A stretch of 63,850 nt of DNA, filler included, from Intoshia linei (taxonomy: Eukaryota > Animalia > Orthonectida), in assembly GCA_001642005.1 (NCBI GenBank). It is 8 parts of 8 records of this genome, joined end to end, with 100 filler letters (N's around TTAATTAATTAA, not from the genome) between each part and the next. Parts side by side here need not be neighbours in the genome. Positions count along the whole stretch, not along the records: positions 19,321 to 27,941 come from LWCA01001434.1; positions 28,042 to 42,502 come from LWCA01000957.1; 6 more parts are not named here. One strand, 5' to 3'. The notes beneath the pieces were generated by a model. The model was not told the origin of the DNA. It searched no databases and saw only the letters and a program-made list of their open reading frames with translations. Shown in pieces: positions 25,201 to 39,224 of this stretch. Position 1 is the stretch's first letter, and the number at the start of each line of letters is the position of its first letter. The translations under genes and the position numbers were made by a program.

Positions 25201-26360
25201 TTGTAAAATTGTATTTTTTAAAAAAATATTGCAAAAAGGGATTTTTATATTTAGCGTTGGTAAAATTGAATAATTTCTCTTAGGGTTGGTAAAAACAAAT
25301 TTTTTGGAGAAACATTATGAAGTGGATTTTTCCCTTAAAGCTTGGTAAATTTTTATTTTCTATTTTGGAGTTGGATCTAGTGGTGATTTCTACTTAATAT
25401 TACATTACTTCCTGAAATAATACACTACTTTAGCCGTGTACCCCCTGGTATATTGTGTGAACCCATGTGTCCACATGGACCCTTTGAGAAGCACTAGTCG
25501 CATGTTCATCTGAGTGGTCCACTATTAGTTTGACCAACTTTCCAAGGCTCTACATATCCAAACTAGGACTTGGCTCATGATAGGAAATGTTATAAATTTG
25601 ACGTGGACTCGTGGTCTGACTGTGAGAAAGTCTGGAAATTTGACGATATCTGAGTGGGTATTGTTTTAGTTACTCAATCAGTTAGGAAAATTTAATACAA
25701 GTGTATCTACAGAAAATATACCTCCGAAACACAAAATATGCATTTTTTGTGGCATATCACTAACCACCCTCTGGTTCATATGTGACGAAATACAAAAGGT
25801 GATAACACCTCATTATCACTACCATTTTCAATGAAGATATTTCCTAATTTTATATAATGTAGGGGAAATTTTATTGAATTCCGAAAAGGGATGATCAACA
25901 TTTGTCCGATTGGTAGAAATGCTAATATTGAAGAACGAAAAATTTTCGTGGATTATGATGGAGCATGATTATTATTAATTTTGTTAAAAGTTCAATTAAA
26001 TATAGGTGCACGGAATACGAAAAAAGTTGGTTAAAAAGTTAATAAAACAGTTTGGAAGAGAAAATTTTTCTTTTCTAATTGGAGGTCAAACTAGCATTGA
26101 CGTATTCCCATCAGCACAAAATAAGTCTCTATGCATTGATGAACTATTTCAGATTAAAAGATTTAACAACATTTACTTTTTTGGTGATCAAATCAAAAAA
26201 GTGCGTCGCATTCATTTAAATTTTAAAATGTAAATTAATGAAATTTTAGGGTGAAGCTGATCATCAAATTATTAACGATTCTCGAATTAATGGTATGCCG
26301 GTTAGTTGCCCAGATGATACCATGGTCAAACTTAAAAAATTATTAAAAACTGTACATTAA
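22212..26360 (+). CDS. PMM: Phosphomannomutase-like (HAD IIB), divergent; 7 exons: 22212-22271, 22309-22414, 23192-23268, 24524-24615, 25863-25962, 26006-26200, 26250-26360
   Basis: [43 protein letters not shown] and IYFFGD. Exon structure parallels animal PMM2 as recalled. One GC-AG intron. Confidence 0.9.
22471..22925. mobile_element. hAT/Buster MITE filled with 30-bp minisatellite units
   Basis: CAGTGCTTTTCA ... TGAGAAGCACTG. TSD TTCTACAG/TTCTACAC. Internal TTTACCAACCCTTAAGGAAAAA units. Confidence 0.8.
23751..23949. mobile_element. hAT/Buster MITE
   Basis: CAGGGTAGTCCAAA ... TTTGGATCACCTTG. Perfect TSD ATATATAA. Confidence 0.8.
24915..25496 (-). repeat. Minisatellite-bearing element related to 22471-22925, in opposite orientation
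   Basis: GGTTGGTAAAA..GGATTTTTCCCTTA units ending in TTTGAGAAGCACTA. Confidence 0.6.
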
Positions 26361-26473
26361 ATAATTACTATTGGTATTAATATACATTGCATTGGTGATT
26401 TTTGTTTGTAAGATTAAACATGTAAAGAGTAAAAATGCAGGTTCATAATTGATAAATTACTTATTTTCTTTGT

Positions 26474-26980
26474 TTAATTCGTTAAAACGTGATTTATGAA
26501 TGCGCTTTTTGAGATTAGAAGGTTAAGCATTTTTTTCATACATTCATCACTAAGATTACTTAAAACTTGTTGAATGATTTTAGCCGGTTTTAATGGAGTC
26601 CAAATCGCCATTCGATTAATTTTTTTGAGAGCTTTTAATAATTCGATTATAACCAAACTAGTCCCATGGTCATATTTATTTTTATAAATTATAGAATTTG
26701 TAGATATATTATCCATCGGAGTGTAAATGGTTCCATTGCACATTGATTTAGTACACATCCAAATTTTATTTTCATTAAAACTTCTCATAAGGTATACATA
26801 ACCATCAACATACATATGGTCATATTTTCGTTTGGATAATATTATTTCAATGTGCGAGTTTTTTTTTTTCGGAAATTCATACAATTTTTCATGTTTATTT
26901 AATTGGGATCCAGATTGGGAGAAAACATTATCTATAGAACCAGTTTCATGTGCTTCGGTAGTTCTTTTTCTTCTAATCAT
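26474..26980 (-). pseudogene. FLYWCH-domain N-terminus of a Mutator (MULE) transposase
   Basis: MYVDGYVY...IWMC..SMC.GTIYT...YDH followed by a P.KII helix. No DDE core seen. Confidence 0.6.
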
Positions 26981-27156
26981 TCTCTGTAAACTTTTTTTTG
27001 TGGTAATTGGTTAATAACCTTGTTGTCAAGCTTGCTAAATACTTGATCAATGATAACACCGCTGGGTATAGATAGTTGTGCTTTTTCTCTCATTTCATTT
27101 TAATTCAACTGCAACTCCATTGGGCACCAAGGCGCGGCTACCCACCAACTGACTGG

Positions 27157-27287
27157 TATTTTTAACGACTTTTCATGTCGACAAGTTTAATCACCTTTGG
27201 GTAAATTATTTTAACGACTTAGGTTGTCGACAAGTTTAATCACCTTTTGGTAAGTTATTTTAACGACTTAGGTTGTCGACAAGTTTA
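27157..27287. repeat. Tandem repeat, ~2.6 units of ~49-50 bp
   Basis: TATTTTAACGACTTAGGTTGTCGACAAGTTTAATCACCTTT starts at 27157, 27207 and 27256. Confidence 0.9.
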
Positions 27288-27659
27288 CTAACATTTAGGT
27301 CATCAACTCATATCTATGGAATATCTATAGTGTCAGCTGATCTATGCAACTGTATGTCTGACCATGCTATAATTTTAAATGTCCAAAGCAACCGTCTAAA
27401 ATCAAAAATTGATTTCTCTTTATCGAAATTATTCATTTCCAACAACCGCACTGTTAAGGCATTCAACTGCTCATGATATCTAAGATTATCAAATTGTGAC
27501 AATGTTAAATATAAACACATATACTCAACTACATCTATTTTCATAAAAGCAAATTCTCGTTTCAACTCATCCAAACTAAAATCAACATTTTTATTAGTAA
27601 AGATACAACTTTTATTAACTCCAAATATTTTTCGTTTTAACAATTTACACCTTGTCGAC

Positions 27660-27941
27660 AACGTATGTATATTTGGGGTATCTAACTCATGGTCATCAAA
27701 TTTTTTTGGTAAAAACCTTTTTCTTTTACCTGAGAGTTTATTCATTTTTGTGGTTACAACTGGTCTCAACTTTTAACCCATAATCTCCTTTACCCACCTT
27801 TTCTAGATAAATTTTCATCAACTTACAATTATTATCTTTCAACTGGGCCTCCTTAATTTTCAACTCGTCATCCTCACCAATTACAACGTTCAACCTTGAC
27901 AACGCATCTGCACTCAAATTAAATTTCCCAGGTCTGTACTG
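27660..27941 (-). mobile_element. Gypsy pol remnant (RNase H end joined to the pol C-terminal motif)
   Basis: QYRPGKFNLSADALSRL...IKEAQLKD, then KRKRFLPKKFDDH. Integrase core absent. Confidence 0.75.
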
Positions 27942-28041
27942 NNNNNNNNNNNNNNNNNNNNNNNNNNNNNNNNNNNNNNNNNNNNTTAATTAATTAANNN
28001 NNNNNNNNNNNNNNNNNNNNNNNNNNNNNNNNNNNNNNNNN

Positions 28042-28864
28042 AATTTTTAATACAATCAATTGATACTGATTCCCAAGCCCTTGATATCCAAATTAGAGCA
28101 TTGCAGTAAGATATTTTCTTGCACCACTCCTCTTGGGTTACGTTTACTGTGTCAGAAATTTCAAAATTTACCAAAAACATTAGACATCTCTTTAATGGTC
28201 TTTAAAGGATCTTATAATTCATTGATCTAAAAGCTGTATCAGTGAAGAAGTGTTTTCTGGAAGCAGTTTGTTTAAAGAATAATCCGGTTTCCACAGTTAA
28301 ATATTTCATCATTTCTATATTTTTCTAAAGCTTCAGAAAGTAATTCTTTCCATTCTTTTATTTTATACAACTTATGCTTATATTTAAAGTTCGTTGACGT
28401 TGAAACCACTGATACAACACTGATTCAATTTTCATAGATTTCCTAAGGCAAGATTGTCCCTTCTGATTCATATTTAAATTATTACAATTAAGGATTTCTT
28501 CACGATTTTTTAACAACTTGTTTACCAAACCTACTGAAATGGAATGTTTGGTGGCTAAATATTTTGAGATCGATTTGAATCTTCGTCAAACAGTTTACTC
28601 AATTTTATTTTATCATTTATCGACAAATCTTATCTTTTTCACTTCAAATTCAAATTCATATTGAATGGTTACTTTTCTGAAATTTATAAGTCGTGATAAA
28701 AAATTAATACAAATTTATCTTTATTTACACAAAATCATATTTACAGTTCATATTGAATGAAATTCATATTAAAAATTTTTTCTCATAATAAATACTATGC
28801 AAATCTAACTTTTATTTGCATAAAATTCATATAAGCGTGAATTCATATTGAACAGAAACCACTG
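28042..28864 (-). mobile_element. Decayed Tigger/pogo transposon
   Basis: TA|CAGTGGTTTCTG terminus, HTH remnant, LLPENTSSLIQLLDQ*IIRSFK and ISRAWESVSIDCIKN. Confidence 0.85.
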
Positions 28865-28886
28865 TATTAATTTTTTGTTGTTGGTA

Positions 28887-29089
28887 CAATTAAAATCTCA
28901 TTTAACAAAAATGGCAAAACGTTAAAATGGCATATTCGTTAAATTCATTTAACGAAAATATTAGAAATGTAAAAATAACCATAGATTACGATCAATTTAT
29001 TTATATTGACCCATAATATTAACAAATTTCGACGTTCGTTGAATGAAATATTCGTTAAACAAAACATTCGCTAAATGAGATTTTGACTG
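28887..29089. mobile_element. Tigger-type MITE (partial relative at ~11673-11765)
   Basis: TA|CAATTAAAATCTCATTTA ... TAAATGAGATTTTGACTG|TA. Confidence 0.75.
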
Positions 29090-29695
29090 TAACCATTTTA
29101 TTAACAAACTGTAATACAAAAAATTTTAAATAAATAAGTCCTAGATTATAAAAAACAAAACATCATTCTGATACAGTTAATTCCAGTTGACCAAGAGAAA
29201 AAACTTTAACCCCAGAAGTCAACGTATTCCCAGTCAAAAATAACTTAATATATTATCTACCAATAATTTTCAAATTTTACATCAACTTAATTATAACTTT
29301 GTTGGTATAATTTTGTGACCTATTTCAATGTTGGTAAAATTGATTCATACTAAATGCATGATAGAAGAAAGAAATATAGAACCCATCTTTGATAAATTTA
29401 CAAAATTTTTTGGTACATTTTGTTTTTTAAATACAGTTCTAACTCATTTCTTTTCATTTTTACGAATTTGATTTTGAGGTTTATCTACATTTTTGCAATT
29501 AATTACAGAATTTTTAAGGAATTCAAAATTTTTTTCAAAAATGCGCATTGATGATAACCATTGGTCACCTTATCTAAATCAAAAAATAATATATGACTTA
29601 CCCTAACAACGAATCAACAATGAAGGCTCCAAAATTTGTATTCCAAAGAAACGCTTTAACATCCAAAAATAAAGTTATTTAAAAAATGATATAAA

Positions 29696-31902
<2,207 letters not shown>

Positions 31903-32120
31903 TTTTTTGGGTATATACTACATTAATTTATTCAAATAACTAATCAACAACAAACAAGTGACCAACAAAATGGAATTGGAACATTTCATTTAAAAGATCA
32001 TTAAATTTCTACTGTATTAAATCATACGTTTCATTTTATACTTGGCGTATTAAAATTAAAATAATGAGGTCATGATATATTAATTACAACGTACACATTT
32101 GATACATTGTTTATTTACAA

Positions 32121-35100
32121 TTATATATCAATAGGGTATATTTGACGCTCTCCTTCGTTTTGTAAAATGTTAAAACTTTTAATGAGGTTTATTAGTCCAA
32201 ATTCAGTTCGTTTTTTGTGGTCCCAAATACTAGATACACCGTAAAATTGACCTTGTCTAATATTAGTAAGGTTTTGCAATCCTAGAATATAATGTGTTAA
32301 ATGTTATTGATTATTTTCCTTATTTGAATTCATGGTTAGACAGTAATTACGTTTAGAGTTAGGTCACTATTTTACAACAATTTTGTAATGTTAACATTAA
32401 ATCAAGGAAATTAATTTTTATCAATATGGACAATGAGTGAATTGTAAAAATGTAATTTTAGGACAATGTTGATGAAATTTATATATCAATCTGCAATTTC
32501 TTTATTATTTTAATTCTTCTGAAACGTAATTACCAAACTTTCAAATTTTAATTAGAAATTTGAGATGCGCCAATTTAATAAACACATTTTAGTTGGTTAG
32601 TATAAAAATTAGATGGAAAATTTTTAATTAATAAATTAATGTACTTAATTTTTTAAGGGTTTATACTTAAATCCAACCATTTTTACTAAAAATCAAAATT
32701 TACCAACACTAAAAGGAAAAATTTAGTTTTAACAACCTTTAAACGAAAAATCTAGTTTTACCAACGCTAAAAAAAAAATTCGGTTTTAAAAACCCTTTAG
32801 AAAAAATTCCAGTTTTACTAACCTTTAAAAGAAAAATCCAGTTTTACAGAGTTGCGGAGTATCCCATAAAAACTCAACTCACAAACAAAACAAAATAAAG
32901 TTTTCAAATAGAAAGATTAGTGATAAACAAGTTATAAACGCTTTAATACTTACTTAAACTGATAATGAAACAAATATTACTTTTTAAAACAAAATAAAAA
33001 AAATTTATTAATTATGCATTTTTCTGTCATTGAAATATTTTGTATTTGCTTTATTAGACGTTTTCCCAAAAAGGTTGGTAAAATTGGGATTTTTCCTTAA
33101 AGGTTTGTAAATATGGATTTTTCCCGTAAGGGTTAGTAAAACTGGATTTTTACCTTAAAAGTTAGTAAAACTGGAATTTTTCCTTTTAGAGTTGGTCAAA
33201 TTGGATTTTTACCTTAAAGGTTGGTAAAACTGAAATTATCCCTAAAGGGTTGGTAAAATTGGGATTTTCCCTAAAAAACTTTTAAAATCGAATTTTTCAA
33301 TTAAAAATTGGTAAAAGTGGGTTTTCCCTTAAAGGTTGATAAAACTGGAATTTTCCCTAAAGGGTGGTAGAATTGGGATTTTTCCTTAGGGGTTTGTAAA
33401 AGTGGATAAATTTGTAAAGGTTGGTAAATTTTGATTTTTAGTAAAAATGATTGGATTTAAGAATATTCTCATTTTTTAACATGTAAATTTACTGTACAGA
33501 CCAATTTCTATACAATGAGATCATCAGCCCATTTTTAATCAAAATGATAATTGATTTTTTATAATGGGCTATGTTAATAATCTTATTTTACCACAAAAAA
33601 AATTTATTTTATTTTTCATATTTAAAAAATGCTTTAATCAAATAAAATATTACCCATGCACATAATCATACACGCTTCTCTAGTGTACGCTTCAACTGCT
33701 ATACAGTGATGAAAAACGTGTAAAGAAATGACACCACAATTAGCCTTCCAAATTTCGCAAATTTTTTTGACTTTCGGTGAAAGCTATAAAGTAATAAAAG
33801 TATTAAAAAAATGAAAAAAAAAAAAAAAACTTTTTCTTTTTCTTTGATTTCATAATTGTGTTCTTGGTTAATTCTTCTGGCTACCCGAAAATGATCATAA
33901 GATCTGGACTGTTTGCCTTTACCAATATAAAAAATGGAATTTATAAAACTTTTAAATTTTTCATTAAATGATATTTTTGAGGTAATATTTAATTTCGACA
34001 AGACTCGAGGGTCCAACAAAATGTAAACAAATGAACTTTTTAAATTTCCTTCGCGCCATTTTCTTCCTGGCACATTAAATGAAGAAATTAAACTTGATTC
34101 CATATCATTTTCAACAACAGAATAATCATTTACACTAGAAAATGTATCAATCAAAACTAAATAAAAAATGTTTAAAAAAATAAAAATAAAATCAAAATTA
34201 CCTTGTGCATAATCTTGACATTCACTACTTTTAATGCGAAGTTTTTTCATTTGCTCTTCCAAATAATGCGCATCGTCTTTAATATTTTCTGCATTATCTG
34301 TCAAAATATTGTCATTTAGATAAGATGCCGAATCAGTGGAAATGGACGCATCGGCGTCACCTCCTTTATCAATTTCATTCTTTTTAACATGCCAATTTTT
34401 TAAATCCTTTGACTGTATAAAGATTTCACAATTTGAAATTAATTCTGCATTTTTAGAATCAGATTTTATATAATCCAACAATGTTTTTACATAAAATAAT
34501 CTGTTCGAATCGACGATGGATTCAAAGTGTATGTCTCGTTTGGTTAATTCTCGCTTTAAGATTTTATCAGTCAGATTTAAATCGTTTGATGATTTGCACA
34601 TTTTATCCATTTCAATATGTATAGTTTTTGTTGATAGTTCTGACTCAGAATTGGCTTTAGACATTAAAGTATGCGAAAGTTTAGATATCGCAGGTAATCT
34701 GCTTTCAAGTAAACAAAATTTTTCTTTATTTTGTTCTTCAGTGTAAACATAAATTTTTCCTCTTATATTTTTTCTATCAATTTCACCTTGGATTACTGAA
34801 ATTGTTGTACATACAGAAGAATTAGACACGTTAGATTTAGGACTGATAAATTTTTTTTCAGGATTTTTAATATCAATATCATCAATTGATGTTTCTTTGA
34901 ATGTATTACAACAAGTTTTATATATTGTTTCATTTGATTTTATATCTAAATTTAATTAACAATTTTGTCGAGTTTGTCATAATATTTAGCATAATTCAGC
35001 GGTATATACAATAAAAAAAATATATAATTATAAAATTTAATATATTTTTATGAAATTTAAGAGACTAATACAATTTTTGGATCGATTTACGATTCCTTTT

Positions 35101-38100
35101 ACAAAACTTTTCTTACAAATTAACGAAACTCCATCCCTGCGCTTAAACATTTTCATAAAATTCGCACACTGGGATAATGCGCCAATTTGACTAACAATAA
35201 TAATTATTATATTAATTATAATATAATATTTATATGTTTTAAATAAATACTACTTTAAAAGAGTTAAGAAATTAACAAAGTATTCAGTAAAAAAAATTGT
35301 AAACCGTTATCAAAAATTTAAAATAAAACGTACACATATATAAAATGTTATATAATATAAAATTTTATTTAATTGATTAAATTTATTAATTGTATAATTA
35401 TACATATCAAAAAAATAATAAATTACGGTTTTTAGAATTATTGCAATCAATCTCATCTACATCCAAAGCTGTACTACTTAACTAAAACATTTTATATTCA
35501 AAGAAACACAAATATACATTATAATAATATTAAAATTCAAACACAGTGACTCCGAAACTTCCAATTTTACTGCTAGACTAGCTTATTTTTTTGAAAGATG
35601 TAGAGATAAGTATGCCTGGTTTATCATATCCGAAACAAAAATGTTTGTCCAAGTAAAAATAGAAACTAATAAAAACGTTTACAGCTGGTATTAATGATTA
35701 ATTTAATCTTAAATTTAGCAAAATGTCGCTCGCCTTGATTCGGAAACACTGATAAATAGAACAGTAAAATAAATACCTTGTAATTATTTCTTCCGGATAG
35801 ATATTCATCATCTAAAATCATCATTTAATTATATAAAATTGAATGTATCGTCTACCGTTTATTAAAATTGTTTAAAAAGTAACAATGCTAAATTCAAATA
35901 AACCCATTTTCTAATAGATTTCTACAAAAGTGATGCAGTATCGATAATGTCATTTTCCGAAAAAAAGTCTTCAGCACCAAACCCCCAGTTCTCCTTTTTT
36001 TTTAATAAAATCAACCCTAAAATTTAAAAAAAGATACATTCTGGGACGCGTTGGAAATTCATTAACATTGTCATAAATATCAGCCGCAGAAACGTAAATC
36101 TTCAGGGCCAAAAATTTTAAATTACCTAATTAATTGCGTGTGAGCTATTAATTTTTTTTAAATTCTAGTACTATTATATTTTTTTTAAAAAAAGGTAATT
36201 AAGGGTTTGACCCTGAAGATATTTATGTATTTGTTTTTGAAATGAAATTTATGATAATATTAATGATTTAAAAATCTGTATCTGAATGTACAATCAGGCT
36301 CGTCAATAATAAACACCCTCAATAATGAATTTTTTGTAAAATTGTGACTACGCCATTGTAAAGATCAGGGATTGGAAATAATTGATTGCAATCAATTATT
36401 TTGTACAAACCAATTAATTGTTTGTTAAATATTAATTTTTCAATTAATTAATTCATATAAAATAATTGCAATTAATTGAAAAATAAAAAGATAATTTTCA
36501 ATTAATTGGTTTTCTTCATATAACTGAAAAAATATAAATTGAAACCTTTTATTGACGAATGGTTAGATGAAAAAATTAATTAAATTTTTTTATGTAGTTC
36601 AATAATTACAATATTAAGGTGTCAAGTTGACACTGTCAACACTCGTTGTAGCGTATCACAGCCCCACCATGCTTTATTTATTTCCAGAAACAATTTTATT
36701 TCCAAATTCAAAAAAAAAAATAAAATAAATAATATGAAAATTTTTCTAAATACTATTTTCCAAATAAAATATAATGCAACTAAAATAGTTTGACACTGTA
36801 AGGGAAAATCCACTTTTACAAACCCTAAGGAAAAACCTCAATTTTACCAACCCTTATGGGAAAACCCTATTTTACCAACCTTTAATGGAAAAATCGAGTT
36901 TTACTAAACCTTAAGGGAAATTCTGTCATTCTGTAAAACTAAATTTTTCCCTTAAAGTTTGGTATAACTAGAATTTTGAAGAACGAGTTTGGCAGAATGC
37001 ATGAACTCGAAGAGTGAGTGCATACATACATACACGTCAGTGAAGTACATAACTGTCAAGCTAGTTTCGTTATAAAATTTCTTAATTTAAAAGTTATCAC
37101 GGAATTGTTAAATTTAATTAAATTTAAAAATACTTAATAATAATTACTACTCTAATACAAATTGCATTATTCATAATATCTGTATTATGCAAAATTGATG
37201 GGATATGTTAATACTTATAATTATCGATTTAAAATATATTTATTATATTGTATATGAATAATATATAAATGAAATATATTGATTAATTGTAAAGAAAAAT
37301 ACAATGGATTATTTTATTGTTACATCCTACACTTGTAATAATAATGAAATATTATTTACGCTATAAATTAAGAAATGGAATGACATATATCTGAGATTAG
37401 AATATTTTACATATCTCAAGATAATATTCGAAATCCATTAAATAAAATTTATGCTCATGGTAAATTCAATGGAACGTCAACCTATAATAGGTCCAGTGAC
37501 ATTAATGTATTTTAAAATAAATTGAACTGAAAAATATTTAAATAAATACCATAAACTCATCAACTAATGATATTAAAAGTAATATAAACATAAAAAGTAC
37601 AATTAATGAGGGTTGTATAATTAGATTCATTTTGTTTATCATAATTGAGTTCATTTTCAATGATTCTGATACAATTGTCACATTTTGATTGATAAGCGTT
37701 ATCCATTGCGTTCATGCCTTCCTAAATACGCATAAACACTTAAAAATGGAAAAATACGAAATCCTTGATTAAAACATCACCGCCATTCCTAATAAGCAAT
37801 AACAAAATGGAACAATACCCATAATTCGCCGCCAAGTGTATAGGTGTTATACCGTCGCGATTTCTGTGATAATTGAGGTTAATTAAATGTAAACACACCT
37901 AACATTAGCGTCCCCACCGTATTCCAATAAAATATGTAAAATAAGCAGAATTTTTTCGACACTGTGTTTAAAAACTAAATGCATAGCAGACAAATCCTTG
38001 AAGAGTTTATTTGGATTGGCACCTTTACGCAGAAATAACTTGATGGCACGAACACTGCACATTTCGACAGATTTACAAAGATTGGCACATTTATTTATAC

Positions 38101-38214
38101 GATTTGGTTCATGAACAATCTGTACATCTGCACATATTAATATTAAAAAAAAACAAGCACATTACCTTCAGAAGATTTCAAGCAACAATGAGCCAATTTT
38201 CTAAATTTATTCAT
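32121..38214 (-). CDS. ANKLE1: Ankyrin repeat and LEM domain GIY-YIG nuclease (LEM-3)
   Basis: Ankyrin exons 38127-37650 (GANPN, GITPIHLAA). LEM-like LTDKILKRELTK..NRLFY. GIY-YIG region KWREGNLKSSFVYILLDPR, IFYIGKGK and EAYTREACMI. Last exon 32281-32121 GLQNLTN...EGERQIYPIDI*. Middle exons (35000-36000) are uncertain. Confidence 0.9.
32657..33470. mobile_element. Foldback-type (MULE-like) element with tandem 30-bp repeats in its inverted arms
   Basis: Perfect 9-bp TSD ATTTTTTAA. Termini GGGTTTATACTTAAATCCAA / TTGGATTTAAGAATATTCTC. About 5 units in the left arm and 12 in the right arm, inverted. Confidence 0.85.
36800..37064 (+). repeat. 30-bp minisatellite units followed by a Helitron 3' end
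   Basis: TTTACCAACCCTTATGGGAAAA units at 36810-36965, then GAAGTACATAACTGTCAAGCTAG|T at ~37064. Confidence 0.6.
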
Positions 38215-38308
38215 GCCTGTGAAACTGCGCCAATGGTAACTATGCAATGTGTAAATAAATTTAGAAAGTTTTGCAAATAATTTAAAATTTATTCATAGTA
38301 AATACAAT

Positions 38309-38982
38309 TTAGTTTTGAGTTTTTTCTTCATTCTCAACTTCTCCAGTTTCACTATTTACTACTTTACTCTACAAGTGACGAAAATTATTAAGAAAAATTA
38401 AATGAAATAAAACCTTAACTTGGGTAACTGCAGAAGAAACTGATGTTCCAACTTTTTGAACCACTTCCGAATTTCTAAAAATTACTGTAAAATGTCACTC
38501 CCTACTAACTTTATATCATTAAATGTTCTGCTAGCAAAATTTCCAAAAGATTTAAACATGTCGTTTGTGGCTTGAAATCTAAAAAAAAGCGGCATATCAA
38601 AATCAACATCAAAATGCCATTACGCTTCACTATTTTTTATATTATCATAATTTTTTTTTATATTTGTTTTAAATTCATTCATGGGTGTAGCTCCCAATCG
38701 TTTATTTATTTGATTTACACGGTTCATTTTTGAGTGTAATACGGCTTGAAGAGTTTCAATGTTGGATTTAAGCTATTTCATTTATAGGAATACAATAAAA
38801 TTTAAAAACTTCATTAAATTCTGTCAATAATTCGTTTCGCTCATCTTCCGTTAACTCTGTTGAAGCTCCAGATGCACTTTTATGGTCATCATACTTGTCT
38901 AAAACCCTTTTAAAATTTATTGTTCATTATTCCAAAATCTAAACTTACCTTCGGATTCTTTGTCAGTATTAAACGTGTTCAT
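38309..38982 (-). CDS. TPD52: Tumor protein D52 family protein, 6 exons
   Basis: LTEDERNELLTEF..LKSNIETLQAVLHSK..QINKRLGATPMNEFK...SEAFQAT, matching the D52 coiled coil and motif. Confidence 0.88.
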
Positions 38983-39224
38983 TGTAAGATAATAAAATTA
39001 TCAAAAGTTAAATAAATACAACTTAATTGTCAATGACAATATTATTTGTTCCATAAATAAATAGAACTGGTATTAATTTTAATTAGTTTCTTTGTAATCG
39101 TCTATCGATTTTTAATATACAACTTGTAGTTAATAACCTTGTAATTATTAATATTTATGAATTTGTTAATGTAGATTAAATTGTATCAATTAATAATATT
39201 TAGGGTGATAATACAATTCGGTTA

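Noticed and set aside
27157-27287. Partly palindromic repeat with ~50-bp period, CRISPR-like
   Set aside because: The intervening sequence is also repeated, so it is a plain tandem repeat.
33071-33430. Regular ~30-bp repeats resembling a CRISPR array
   Set aside because: The units are contiguous and degenerate, with no unique spacers and no cas genes. The array is an arm of a foldback element in a eukaryotic intron.
33699-34829. 376-aa ORF as a stand-alone GIY-YIG nuclease with a transmembrane segment
   Set aside because: It is part of ANKLE1. The hydrophobic stretches are read-through of short introns (~34157-34201 and ~33784-33829).
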